From Armatimonadota bacterium (GTDB taxonomy: Bacteria > Armatimonadota > SYMT01), in contig JAWLHY010000015.1 in assembly GCA_041690135.1 (NCBI GenBank), positions 64,001 through 128,000 of the forward strand: a stretch of 64,000 nucleotides of DNA. Reading direction: 5' to 3'. The notes below the pieces were generated by a model, which had not been told where the DNA came from, did no database searches, and worked only from the letters and a program-made list of their open reading frames with translations. This document shows, piece after piece, positions 1 to 9,783 of this stretch; the first letter of the stretch is position 1; every line of letters starts with the position of its first letter. The translations under genes were made by a program, and so were the position numbers.

Positions 1-2583
1 GCGCTGGGCGAGGAGCACCACGAGCGGGGTAGCCACGAACACCGAGGAGTAGGTGCCCACCGCAGTTCCGAAGAGCAGCGCGATGTTGAACAGGCGCAGC
101 GTCTCCCCGCCGAAGAACACCATCGCGGCCAGGGCGAGCATGATGGCGACCGACGTGTTCACCGAGCGGTCGAAGCTCTCGGTCATGCTGCGGTCGCTCA
201 CCTCGGCGAAAGTCTCGCCCTTGCGCCGCCGCCCCAGGTTCTCGCGGATGCGGTCGTAGATGACGATCGTGTCATTCACCGAGAACCCGAGCAGGCCGAG
301 ACAGGCCGTAAGGAACAGGCTGTCCACGGTCCAGCCGGCCACGATGCCCATCAGCGCGAAGAGACCCACGGTAAGCAACACGTCGTGGAACAGCGCGATC
401 ACGGCGCCGGCGCCGAACTTCAGCCCGTTCGCGAAGCCGCCGATGGCGAACCGCACCGCCAGGAAGAGCAGCATGGCCAGTGAAGCGACTACGGCCGCGA
501 AGATCCCGTTCCGCGTCACTTCGGCGGCGATCGACGGGCCGATGGAGCTCACGCGCGACATCGGCTCGATGGTGCCGCCCCCAATGCCGCCGAGGGCTTC
601 GCGAACCTCCCGGAGCTTGGTCGGCGGAAGCTCCCGCGTGGCGATCTCGGCCACTGGAATGCCCGCGTTCCCCGCGTGCGGTACCGGCTCGGCCTTCACC
701 GTCAGGCCCGCCAGGTTCAGACCCGCCAGGGCCTCGCGGACCTCGGCTTCGGTGACCGCGGTGGTGTAGGTGGCGGTCGCGGTGAATCCTTTACCGGGCG
801 TTCCGTCCTGGAACGCCGCCGGATCGAAGCTCTCCAGGCCTTCCGCCTCGCTCAGGCGCTCCCGAATCCGTCCGGCGTTCGGCGCGTCGACTTCCGTCGC
901 CGACACGGTCACGCGCGTCCACGGCTGGTTGGAGCTCCCCATCCGGACGGTGGCCTCGCGGACCCCCTGCGCTTCCAGGACCCCAACCACCTGCTCGCGG
1001 GTGACGTCGCTGTTGCGGAAGGCGACTTCCACCGTGCTCCCGCCGGTGAAGTCGATGCCCGGCTTGAGACCCATGCCGAAGGGACTCATCGCGATCAGCA
1101 CGAGGGCCAGAATGGCCAGCGTGCCGCTGATCCCCAGGTAGATGCGGCGCTTTTCGAAGATCCGCATGACCCCGCCCTGCCGCCACGCCGGGAAGAACAG
1201 GTTCAGCCAGCTATTGTTGACGGCATAGAGCCGGGGGTTGCTGGCCCAGCCCATCCGGTTCAGCACCTGCAGGAAAGTCCGGGTAACGGTCACCGCGGTG
1301 AACATCGCCACCGCGTTACCGATCGCCAGGGTAATGGCGAAGCCCTTCACCATCGGAGTGCCGAGCCAGACCAGGATCGCGCAGATGATCCAGACGGTGA
1401 CGTTCGAGTCGATAATCGCCGCGAAGGCGCGCCGGAAACCGATCTCGATGGCGGCGCCCACCGATTTCCCGCCGCGGATCTCCTCCTTCATCCGTTCGAA
1501 GATCAGGACGTTGCCGTCCACCGCCATCCCGATGGAGAGGATGAAACCGGTGATGCCCGGCAGGTCCAGCACGATCGGGGGGAAGATCCCCATGCCCTTG
1601 AAGATGGAGAAGGTGAGGGCGGCATAGCCGATGAGCGCCACGCACGCCACCAGGCCCGGCAGCCAGTAGTAGCCGAGCATGAACACCAGCACGATCCCCA
1701 GGCCCGCGAGACCGGCCCGGATGCTCTGCGCAATCGACTCCTGGCCTAGCGTCGCGCCCACCGTCTGCGTCTCGGCCGGGACCATGGGAATCGGCAGGGC
1801 GCCGGAGTTCAACAGGTTGGAGAGCACCCGTGCCTCGGTCATCGTGCGGAAGCCGCCCGAGATCTGCCCCTGGCCGCCCGTGATCGGCTCATTGATCACC
1901 GGCGCGGAAATGATCTCGTCGTCCAGCACGATCGCCAGGATCTCGTCCACGTTCTCCGTGGTGAACTTTCCGAACGCCTGCGCGCCTTCCGGACGCATCT
2001 CGAAAGACACGTACGGCTGGGCCGTGTTCGGGTCGATCTGGGGCTGGGAGGTCGGCTTGAGCGAGTCCCCCTTGAGGATCAGGTCCGAGTTCTTCAGCAC
2101 CTCCTCGGTGGGCACGGTCTGGCCGGTCTCCGTGTTGCGGAAGGTGTACTGGTCCGGCTCACCCTTCTCCGGGTCGCCCGGGATCATGTCCATGCGGTAG
2201 GGGGCGCTGGGGTTCTGGTCCGTCTGCACCTCCCGCAGGTGCCGGAACTCCAACTGGGCCACCGTGACCAGCGTATCGAGGGCCTCCTGGGGCCGCTTCG
2301 CCCCCGGCAGGAGGATGAGGATCTGGTCCTCGCCCTTCAGCCGGACTTCCGTCCCGGAGAGGCCGAAGGAGTTGACCCGGTTCTCCAGCACGCTGCGCAC
2401 GCGCTGCATCGTGTCCGGATCGAGCTGCTTGCCTTCCAGCTTGCTCCGGTCGGGCTCCAGGGTCACGCGCATCCCGCCGCGCAGGTCGAGGCCCTGGGCC
2501 ACGGGAAACTGCGGGGACAGGCTGTACCAGAGGGCGGCGCCGATCAAGGCCAGCACCGCCAGGAATGAGAGTTGTTGTTTCAA
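1..2583 (-). CDS. secDF: Fused protein translocase SecDF (3' end lies beyond the window start)
   Basis: Manual translation from TTG at 2583 (AGGAGA SD upstream) gives MKQQLSFLAVLALIG...QGLDLRGG (SecD), GMAVDGNVLIFER, then continues in frame with no stop into MRIFEKRR...GIDFTGG and GFSVNDTIVIYDRIRE (SecF). It is absent from the ORF track because there is no stop within the window. Confidence 0.93.
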   Translation of the reverse strand, partial: MKQQLSFLAVLALIGAALWYSLSPQFPVAQGLDLRGGMRVTLEPDRSKLEGKQLDPDTMQRVRSVLENRVNSFGLSGTEVRLKGEDQILILLPGAKRPQEALDTLVTVAQLEFRHLREVQTDQNPSAPYRMDMIPGDPEKGEPDQYTFRNTETGQTVPTEEVLKNSDLILKGDSLKPTSQPQIDPNTAQPYVSFEMRPEGAQAFGKFTTENVDEILAIVLDDEIISAPVINEPITGGQGQISGGFRTMTEARVLSNLLNSGALPIPMVPAETQTVGATLGQESIAQSIRAGLAGLGIVLVFMLGYYWLPGLVACVALIGYAALTFSIFKGMGIFPPIVLDLPGITGFILSIGMAVDGNVLIFERMKEEIRGGKSVGAAIEIGFRRAFAAIIDSNVTVWIICAILVWLGTPMVKGFAITLAIGNAVAMFTAVTVTRTFLQVLNRMGWASNPRLYAVNNSWLNLFFPAWRQGGVMRIFEKRRIYLGISGTLAILALVLIAMSPFGMGLKPGIDFTGGSTVEVAFRNSDVTREQVVGVLEAQGVREATVRMGSSNQPWTRVTVSATEVDAPNAGRIRERLSEAEGLESFDPAAFQDGTPGKGFTATATYTTAVTEAEVREALAGLNLAGLTVKAEPVPHAGNAGIPVAEIATRELPPTKLREVREALGGIGGGTIEPMSRVSSIGPSIAAEVTRNGIFAAVVASLAMLLFLAVRFAIGGFANGLKFGAGAVIALFHDVLLTVGLFALMGIVAGWTVDSLFLTACLGLLGFSVNDTIVIYDRIRENLGRRRKGETFAEVSDRSMTESFDRSVNTSVAIMLALAAMVFFGGETLRLFNIALLFGTAVGTYSSVFVATPLVVLLAQR

Positions 2584-2589
2584 AAAAGG

Positions 2590-2813
2590 ATCTCCTGAGA
2601 ATGACTGCGACCGGGCGTGAGAGCCCGCACGACACAAATTGCCATGCGCAACCCAACGCACGCCAACGGTCCGGCGCCCTAACGGGGCGCGGCGGCAGCC
2701 AGCCTGACCCGAGCGCTCGAAGGCTCCACGACCCGCGATGAAAAAACCCCTTTGGGGTGGGCAGGGCGATGCTCTACAGGCCGGTTAGCTGCTTGCTGCG
2801 GGAATCAGGAGAT
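2590..2813 (-). promoter_or_regulatory. SD / anti-SD pairing controlling secDF translation
   Basis: Plus-strand ATCTCCTGA (2590-2598, covering the secDF SD) and TCAGGAGAT (2805-2813, last uORF codons) are perfect 9-bp inverted repeats. Confidence 0.6.
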
Positions 2814-3161
2814 TGCGGGAGGGCCGCGGGGAGAGGCGGAGGCGCCTCGCTCGCGCACCCGCGCGGCCACCCAGGTTGGGAGACCTTCCAGGCGCGCGCC
2901 GGAGAAGACCAGGGGGGAAATGCCGGACGCCAGGAACGGAGAGTCCCCTCCCAGGTGGGAGAAGAGCTTCCGATTCGCGGAACGGATCAGCGTTTCAAGC
3001 GGAAAAGGCCGCCCCGGTCGAGCGCCCGCCACCCCACGAGAAGTGGAATGGATCTGCGGCCCGTCGGGTGGGGCCGCGGCCAACTCCGGGGTACGCGCCG
3101 CCAGGCCCGTTCCGAGGAACGGGAACAGAAACAGCAGCAGGGTCCAGAGAAAGCGCGGCAT
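2805..3161 (-). CDS. Putative secDF leader / translation-arrest peptide (signal peptide plus C-terminal RGPP)
   Basis: 118 aa from ATG 3161. The N-terminus MPRFLWTLLLFLFPFLGTGLAA is signal-like and the C-terminus is ASPRGPPAIS. It lies directly upstream of secDF on the same strand. Confidence 0.75.
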   Translation of the reverse strand: MPRFLWTLLLFLFPFLGTGLAARTPELAAAPPDGPQIHSTSRGVAGARPGRPFPLETLIRSANRKLFSHLGGDSPFLASGISPLVFSGARLEGLPTWVAARVRERGASASPRGPPAIS

Positions 3162-3313
3162 TTCTAGCGGAGTATACCACTCCCACCGCGAAATGTGAGG
3201 AGGGGACCTTCGGTTGGATTGGGAAGGGAGGTTGCGTGTAGGTCGCAACTCCTGATGGGTAAAAAGTGGGGATTGGGTTCAACCCGACGCCGCACCCGGA
3301 AAAGCGAACGACC

Positions 3314-6175
3314 TTGCGTACTGAAGCAATAGACGCGGCAGAGCGAATCAGAACCCGCTCACCGGAAATCCTGCGCTTGTGGGAGGAGCAGGTACGGCAA
3401 GAGGTGCCCGCGGCGAAGGAGAGGGAGCGGCCGGCGCTTCTCGATCACCTCCCGCACCTTCTGGGTTCGATTGCGGACGAACTCGCTTCTTCCACGGATC
3501 CCGACGCCACTTGTAAGGGGCAACCCTTCTGCCGGATCCATGGAGAGCAGCGAGCTCACCTGCCGAATTACCAGGTGGAGCAGGTGCTTCATGAGTATCG
3601 GGTGCTCCGGCGCGTCTTATTCCAGGTCCTCGAAGGGTACGGCGCCCTCATGCCAACCATCCGTGACTTTTTGCTGGAGGCGTTAGATCGGGCCAAAGAG
3701 GACTGCGCCCAGGAGTTCATCCGCACCAAGACCGAGCAACTCGAGCAGAGCGAAACGCATTACCGTACCCTGGTGGAGAACGTCCACGATTACGCGATCT
3801 TCAGCCTCGACTCCGAGGGCCGGATCGTTACCTGGAATCCCGGCGCCGAACGGATTACCGGTTACGCGCCGAAAGAGATCCTGGGGAAGAAGGGCGCCAT
3901 CCTGTTCACGCCGGAGGATCGGGAGCGGGGGGCGCCCGAGGCCGAACTACAGACGGCCCGCCAGAACGGCAAGGCGCTGGATGAGCGCTGGCATCAGCGG
4001 AAAGACGGCTCGCGGTTTTTCGCTTCCGGGGTCGTCACGCCCATCGCTTCCCGGGCCGAAGGCGGGTTCGTGAAGGTGATGCGCGACATCACCGATCGGA
4101 AGCGGGCGGAACAGCGTCGGACTATCCGGTTCCAGATCTCGCGCACCCTGGGGGAAGCCCGCACCCTGGAGGAGGCCGCGCCCCGGATCTTGGAGGCGAT
4201 CAGCCGGAGTACCGGCTGGGGCTACAGCGTCCTCTGGATGGAGGACGCTGTAGCCGAAGTATTGCGTCCGGTCGCCCGTTACACCGCCCCGGGCGCGGAA
4301 TATCCTCGCTTCGATCAGGTCACGCAAAACCGGGCTTTGCGCGCGGGGGAAGGGCTGGCGGGGACGGTATGGGCTTCCGGAAAGCCGCTGTGGCTGCCGG
4401 ATGTGCTGGAGGCGGAGAACTTCCCCCGCCTTGCGGTCGCCCGTGAGGAAGGCCTGCACGCCGCAGTGGGCCTCCCGGTCCTGATGGGAGAGCGGTCCGT
4501 AGGGGTCCTGGAGTTCTTCTGCCACCGCATCCGCGAACCGGACGAGGAACTCCTGGACCTGCTCGGCACCCTCGGTTGCCAGTTGGGCCAGTTTCTGGAG
4601 CGCCGGCGGACCGAGGCGGCCCTGGCGGAATCGGAAGCGCGGAAATCCGCTATTCTGGAAGCCGCGCTGGACGCGATCATCACCATCGACGGCGAGGACC
4701 GGATCGTGGAGTTCAACCCCGCCGCCGAGAGGATCTTCGGCTACTCCCGGTCGGAAATGATCGGGGAACGGATGGGGGACCGAATTGTGCCTTCCCGGCT
4801 GCGAGAGGCGCAGCTTCAAGGAATGGCGCGCTACCTGGAAACCGGTGTGGGGCCCGGGCTGGAGAAGCGGCTGGAGCTTCCCGCCATGCGTAAGGATGGG
4901 ACCGAGTTCCCCGCGGAAATCGGGATCGTACGGACCCGAACGGAGGGCTCGCCACTCTTCACCGCTTACCTGCGCGATATTACGGAACGGAAACAACTGG
5001 AGGAATCGTTGCTGCTTCGCACGGAGCAGCTGCTGGAGGCGGACCGCCGCAAGGACGAATTCCTCGCCACCCTCGCCCACGAACTCCGCAACCCACTGGC
5101 GCCGATCCGCACCGCCACGGCGGTCATGCGGCTCCGGGGAGGGGATGAGCCCGTCCTCCAGCGGGCCCGGGAAACCGTGGAGCGGCAGGTGGCACAGATG
5201 AGCCGTCTCATCGAGGACCTCATGGACGTTGCCCGCATCACCCGGGGCCAGATCGAGCTTCGCAAGGAGGTAGTCGATCTCTCCACCGTGGTGAGCCACG
5301 CGGTCCAGACGGCGCGGCCGTTGACCGACGCACGCGAGCAGCACCTGTCCGTCTCCGTGCCCCTGGAACCGGTCCGCCTGGAAGGGGACCCGACCCGGCT
5401 GGAGCAGGTGATCACCAACCTGCTGACCAACGCCTCCAAGTTCACCCCGCCCCGCGGGCAAATCTGGGTGACCGCGGAATGCGAGCGAGGCCAGGCCGTG
5501 ATCCGGGTGCGGGACACGGGTAAAGGCATCCCCCCGGAGATGCTGCCGCGAATCTGGGACCTCTTCGCCCAGGTGAACCCGTCCATCGACCGGGCGGAAG
5601 GGGGATTGGGCCTCGGTTTGACCCTCGTCCGGACCTTGACCGCTATGCACGGAGGCACCGTGGAGGCCCACAGCGCCGGCCCTGGGCAGGGCAGCGAGTT
5701 CGTCATCCGCCTCCCCTCGCTTCTGCCTCGCGTCGCCGCGACCACTCCCCAGGCCGAGGTGGACCACGATTCCGGAAACCGTAGCCTGCGGGTCCTCATC
5801 GTCGACGACAATGTGGATGCCGCCGATACGCTGGCGGATTTGATCCAACTCTGGGGCCATGGAGTGCGCATCGCTCACGACGGTCCCACCGCGCTAGAGC
5901 GCGCTCCGGAGTTCCGACCGGAGGTCGTTCTGCTCGATATCGGCCTCCCCGGGATGGACGGGTTCGAGGTGGCGCGCAGGCTACGCGAGATGCCGGAGCT
6001 ACGCGGAAGCCTTCTGGTGGCGATCACCGGATTTGGCCAGCCGGAAGACCGGCGGCGGACGGAACAAGCCGGCTTCGCGCGTCACCTCGTCAAACCGATG
6101 AACCCGCAAGAACTGCAGTCCCTGCTCGCGGACTTTGCTCGCGGGCAGTCCGCGGGAGAGACGGGCCAGTCCTAA
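3314..6175 (+). CDS. Hybrid sensor histidine kinase (RsbRD-N-like, PAS, GAF, PAS, HisKA, HATPase, REC)
   Basis: PAS (WNPGAERITGY), H-box FLATLAHELRNPL, NLLTNASKFT, GGLGLGL and a receiver (VDDNVD, LLDIGLPGMDG, KP). Start uncertain: TTG 3314 or GTG 3266. Confidence 0.93.
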   Translation: MRTEAIDAAERIRTRSPEILRLWEEQVRQEVPAAKERERPALLDHLPHLLGSIADELASSTDPDATCKGQPFCRIHGEQRAHLPNYQVEQVLHEYRVLRRVLFQVLEGYGALMPTIRDFLLEALDRAKEDCAQEFIRTKTEQLEQSETHYRTLVENVHDYAIFSLDSEGRIVTWNPGAERITGYAPKEILGKKGAILFTPEDRERGAPEAELQTARQNGKALDERWHQRKDGSRFFASGVVTPIASRAEGGFVKVMRDITDRKRAEQRRTIRFQISRTLGEARTLEEAAPRILEAISRSTGWGYSVLWMEDAVAEVLRPVARYTAPGAEYPRFDQVTQNRALRAGEGLAGTVWASGKPLWLPDVLEAENFPRLAVAREEGLHAAVGLPVLMGERSVGVLEFFCHRIREPDEELLDLLGTLGCQLGQFLERRRTEAALAESEARKSAILEAALDAIITIDGEDRIVEFNPAAERIFGYSRSEMIGERMGDRIVPSRLREAQLQGMARYLETGVGPGLEKRLELPAMRKDGTEFPAEIGIVRTRTEGSPLFTAYLRDITERKQLEESLLLRTEQLLEADRRKDEFLATLAHELRNPLAPIRTATAVMRLRGGDEPVLQRARETVERQVAQMSRLIEDLMDVARITRGQIELRKEVVDLSTVVSHAVQTARPLTDAREQHLSVSVPLEPVRLEGDPTRLEQVITNLLTNASKFTPPRGQIWVTAECERGQAVIRVRDTGKGIPPEMLPRIWDLFAQVNPSIDRAEGGLGLGLTLVRTLTAMHGGTVEAHSAGPGQGSEFVIRLPSLLPRVAATTPQAEVDHDSGNRSLRVLIVDDNVDAADTLADLIQLWGHGVRIAHDGPTALERAPEFRPEVVLLDIGLPGMDGFEVARRLREMPELRGSLLVAITGFGQPEDRRRTEQAGFARHLVKPMNPQELQSLLADFARGQSAGETGQS

Positions 6176-6409
6176 TCCCGCCAGTGCCGGAGAGTCTCTT
6201 CATTCTCCCGCGAGCTGCCCTGTCCCACGGGCTGCACTGCCGTTTTCCGAAACCCGTTCCATCTGCCGCCCGGGTTTCGGAGAACCCGGTACCGGGCGCC
6301 GGGCCGGTTGCACCTAGGAGACCTTAGGGTTTCAAGAGGACGGCTTTCGGAAACCACCGCTCTGGTTGCCCGCCACGGGGCAGATCATGAGCCAGGTAGG
6401 CCACACGTC

Positions 6410-8632
6410 ATGCGGAAGAAGCCCTCACAGCGCACTCCCTCGACCGGTACCCCGGAGGCCGACGTTCCGGAGAAGAACTCCGCGCCCAAGCCGCAGAACC
6501 TGGGGCGGTTTCTCTCTTACGCGCGCCCCTACCGGTGGCTGATGCTGCTGGTGGTGATCCTCGGAGTGGTGCGGTACGGCCTGCAGTTCGTCACCCCGTG
6601 GGGCATCGGCGTGCTCCTGGACGGCGCACTCCGGAACGTGGAGCCGCTCACCGCCGCCGGTCGCGCGGCCCGGGTGCAGCAGGTCCACGGCATTGCGCTC
6701 ATCCTCACCCTGGCGCTGGTAGCGCGCTGTTTCGCTCAATACGCCGAGTCGATCCTCACCAGCCGGCTCGGCAACCGGATCGTGTTCGACCTCCGCCGCC
6801 GCCTGTACGTGCACATCCACCGGATGTCGCAGAGCTTTTTCGACCGGCACCAGGTCGGCAGCATCGGCTCGCGGGTGTTGAACGACATCAGCGTGGCGCA
6901 GAACCTCATCGGCAGTGGCGTGGTGTCGGTGGTCATCGACGCCATTGCCCTCGTTTTCACGCTGGCAGTGCTGTTCCATCTGGAGTGGCGGCTCACCCTG
7001 GCCGCCTCGGTGATCATGCCGGCGTATGTGTTCTCGCTGCGGCGGTTCAATCCTCGCATTCGCGCCCTGAGCCAGGAGATCCAGGATCGTTTCTCCGAAA
7101 TCTCCGGCACGGTGTACGAGACCCTGGCCGGAATGCAGGTGGTCCAGGCCTTCACCCGCGAGCGGGCCAGCGAGCGGCAGTTCGTCCACGAGACTCGCGG
7201 CCACTATGAGCGGCAGCTGTCCCGGACCCGGCTCAACGCCCGGCTGAACTTCTCGACCGTGTTCCTGACCGGCTTCGGCACCATCCTTCTGCTCGGGTAC
7301 GGGGGGCAACTGGTCATCGGCGGAGACCTGACCCCCGGCATGCTGGTGCAGTTCTACTCCTACGTCGCCTACCTCTACGGCCCGCTCTCGCGGTTCGCCG
7401 AACTGAACCAGGTGTATCAGAACTCGATGGGGGCCGTGGACCGGGTTTTCGAGATCCTGGACACGCCGTCCGAAGTTACGGACAGCGCCACTCCGCCGGC
7501 GGAGACGCGCTTCCTGGGCCGGGTCCGCTTCGAGGACGTCCGGTTCGGCTACGATCCGGAGCGGCCTGTGCTCCAGGGAGTCAGTCTCGACGTGGCGCCG
7601 GGCGAGATGATCGCCTTCGTGGGTCCCAGCGGCTCCGGCAAGACGACCGTGACCCGGCTCCTGCTCCGCTTCTACGACGTGACGGGCGGCGCCATCCGCT
7701 TCGACGGGCGGGACCTCCGGGAGATCCCGCTCCACGAGTTGCGGAAGCACGTGGGGGTGGTCCTGCAGGAGCCGGTCCTGTTCACCGGTTCCGTGCGGCA
7801 CAACATCCTGCTTGGCCGCCCCTCCGCCACCGAGGAAGAGGTCATCGCGGCGGCGAAGGCGGCGAACGCGCACGATTTCGTAATGGAGCTGCCGGAGGGC
7901 TACGACACCCGGGTGGGGGAGCGGGGCGCGCACCTCTCCGGCGGCCAGCGGCAGCGGATCAGCATCGCCCGCGCCCTGCTCAAGGACCCGCGCATCCTCA
8001 TCCTGGACGAAGCGACCTCCTCCCTGGACTCGGAGTCGGAGCGTCTGATCCAGGAAGCGCTGGAGCGCCTGATGCACGGCCGCACCAGCTTCGTGATCGC
8101 CCACCGGCTGAGCACCATCGTGAATGCCGACCGGATCTTCGTGCTGGATCGCGGCCGGGTGGTGGAGCAGGGGACCCACGAAGAACTGCTGCTGCGGAAC
8201 GGCCTCTACGCGGAGCTCTGCGCGAAACAGTTCATCGGACTTGAACCCGGCTTTGATGCCGCCGCCCCGGCTGATTCCGGAGCGGCCGAGGCAAAGGACC
8301 GAACCCAAGACCGGGCCGAAGAAATGATCCGGCGCGACTTCCCCCGCGGGCCGGACGACTTGCCGGTAAGCCTGGTTTCCGCGGAGCAACTGGCCGAACT
8401 CCGCTTCTTCCGCGTATGCCTCGACCGGTGCTCCCCCGCGGCTGGCCGCCGGGTGCGGGAACTGGCGCTGCCGGAAGAGTGCATCCTGGTGAGTGTCCGC
8501 CGGGAAGAGCGGTCGATCATCCCCCGCGGCGAGACCCTGCTCCAACCCGGCGACTCGGTGATCGCCCTGGGCCGCCCGGAATGCATGGCGGCCCTGCGGG
8601 GGTGCGTGGCGGAGGCGGTGGTGCCCTGCTGA
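6410..8632 (+). CDS. ABC exporter (TMD+NBD, MsbA-like) with C-terminal TrkA-C/RCK_C domain
   Basis: Six-TM region, Walker A GPSGSGKT, LSGGQRQR, ILDEATS, IAHRLST. The C-terminus SPAAGRRVRELALPEECILVSVRREERSIIPRGETLLQPGDSV matches the RCK_C pattern. Confidence 0.9.
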   Translation: MRKKPSQRTPSTGTPEADVPEKNSAPKPQNLGRFLSYARPYRWLMLLVVILGVVRYGLQFVTPWGIGVLLDGALRNVEPLTAAGRAARVQQVHGIALILTLALVARCFAQYAESILTSRLGNRIVFDLRRRLYVHIHRMSQSFFDRHQVGSIGSRVLNDISVAQNLIGSGVVSVVIDAIALVFTLAVLFHLEWRLTLAASVIMPAYVFSLRRFNPRIRALSQEIQDRFSEISGTVYETLAGMQVVQAFTRERASERQFVHETRGHYERQLSRTRLNARLNFSTVFLTGFGTILLLGYGGQLVIGGDLTPGMLVQFYSYVAYLYGPLSRFAELNQVYQNSMGAVDRVFEILDTPSEVTDSATPPAETRFLGRVRFEDVRFGYDPERPVLQGVSLDVAPGEMIAFVGPSGSGKTTVTRLLLRFYDVTGGAIRFDGRDLREIPLHELRKHVGVVLQEPVLFTGSVRHNILLGRPSATEEEVIAAAKAANAHDFVMELPEGYDTRVGERGAHLSGGQRQRISIARALLKDPRILILDEATSSLDSESERLIQEALERLMHGRTSFVIAHRLSTIVNADRIFVLDRGRVVEQGTHEELLLRNGLYAELCAKQFIGLEPGFDAAAPADSGAAEAKDRTQDRAEEMIRRDFPRGPDDLPVSLVSAEQLAELRFFRVCLDRCSPAAGRRVRELALPEECILVSVRREERSIIPRGETLLQPGDSVIALGRPECMAALRGCVAEAVVPC

Positions 8633-8686
8633 TCAATGCGCCCCGGGCACGCGCCGCCCCGCGCACGCGCCGCCCCGCGCCCCGCA

Positions 8687-8902
8687 CCGCCCCTGAACGG
8701 GCGGCCTCCGGAAATGCACGCTGCCCACACCCCCACGGGGCGTAAACCTCCGTGGGCGCTCGTCTCGTGATCAAGACTGCGGTGGAGAACCCCCGTTCAG
8801 CGTGGGAAACTCATCCTGGCCTTGCGTTTGGGATGCGCGTTGGTATGCCCGCGGAGGCGGGCAATGTGTCGTACTGGAGCGCAGGGGTTTAGCCCTGCGC
8901 AA
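8687..8902. repeat. Dispersed ~200-bp REP/MITE-like element, copy 1
   Basis: Shares blocks with 14925-15120: CCGCCCCTGAACGGGCGGCCTC, GCGGTGGAGAACCCCC, and the GCGCAGGGGTTTAGCCCTGCGC hairpin. Confidence 0.85.
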
Positions 8903-9036
8903 AGCCGGCCCTTGCCCCCTCAAGAGGCGTTCCAGTGGGAACCGGGTGCGACCATCCCGGGTCTTTACCTGCATCAAAGATTTGGAGAGGTCCGGATCGT
9001 CGAAGAGGCCGCCGGGCCGGAGGGGAAGGGAAGCAG

Positions 9037-9564
9037 ATGTTGTTTCGACGCAAATTCGGGAAGGCCGCCCTGGCGCTGGGGCTGACGGCGATCGCCGGGC
9101 TCGGGCTTTGCAGCGGTCCGGAGGCGGCGGCCGACCCGCCGCGCGGGCGCGGCGAGTACCGGGGCGAGGGCCGCGAGCGGGACAAGGAACGCGAGAAGCA
9201 CTGGAAAGAGCGTGAGAAGCGCGAAGCCGAGTACGCGCGGGAAAGGGATAAGCGCGAGGCCGAGTACCTCCGGGAAAGCGACAAGCGCCGCGCGGAACGG
9301 GAGCGCGAGCGAGACAAGCGCGAGTCGGAACGGGAGCGAGAGTGGTACCAGCGCGAGCGAGAACGAGACCGGGACCGCTACGACCGGGATGACGACGACC
9401 GCCGCCGGTATCCGCGCCGCTACGACCATGAGCGCCCACGGGTGACGATCCGCAATGCCGACCTGGACCGCGACGGCATACCGAACGTCCGGGACCGCGA
9501 CATCGACGGGGATGGCGTGCCCAACCCGCGCGACCGCTACCCCGCCGACCACCGCCGGCGCTAA
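9037..9564 (+). CDS. Secreted E/R-rich protein with two DxDxDG (thrombospondin type 3-like) Ca-binding motifs
   Basis: Signal peptide MLFRRKFGKAALALGLTAIAGLG, a charged ERE/RDK tract, and DLDRDGIPN plus DIDGDGVPN. Confidence 0.75.
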   Translation: MLFRRKFGKAALALGLTAIAGLGLCSGPEAAADPPRGRGEYRGEGRERDKEREKHWKEREKREAEYARERDKREAEYLRESDKRRAERERERDKRESEREREWYQRERERDRDRYDRDDDDRRRYPRRYDHERPRVTIRNADLDRDGIPNVRDRDIDGDGVPNPRDRYPADHRRR

Positions 9565-9588
9565 ATACCGCTGGTCGGACAGTTCCAT

Positions 9589-9640
9589 GGTGCCGGGCGA
9601 TGGCCGCTCCCGCTGATGGGAGCGGCCATCGCCCGGCACC
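9589..9640. terminator. Perfect 23-bp stem hairpin (terminator or stabiliser)
   Basis: GGTGCCGGGCGATGGCCGCTCCC-gctgat-GGGAGCGGCCATCGCCCGGCACC just after the stop at 9564; no U-tract. Confidence 0.55.
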
Positions 9641-9783
9641 GATGCATTGCGGGAGGGGTAAGACTGGAAGCAAGCGTTCACGAGCCGAGAACGTGTTTAG
9701 ACCAGCGGCTGGCGGGGTAAATATAGCGGATTTTCGCCCCCATTCGGCCTGACCGCCACACGCTCCGGGATACGCCCTTGCAG

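Noticed and set aside
1-1167. Separate secF gene starting at ATG 1167
   Set aside because: It is in frame with secD with no intervening stop, so it is a single SecDF fusion.
3947-5878. 643-aa minus-strand ORF (also 6425-8545, 12539-13735, 32014-34116)
   Set aside because: Antisense shadows of motif-supported high-GC genes, with no motifs of their own.
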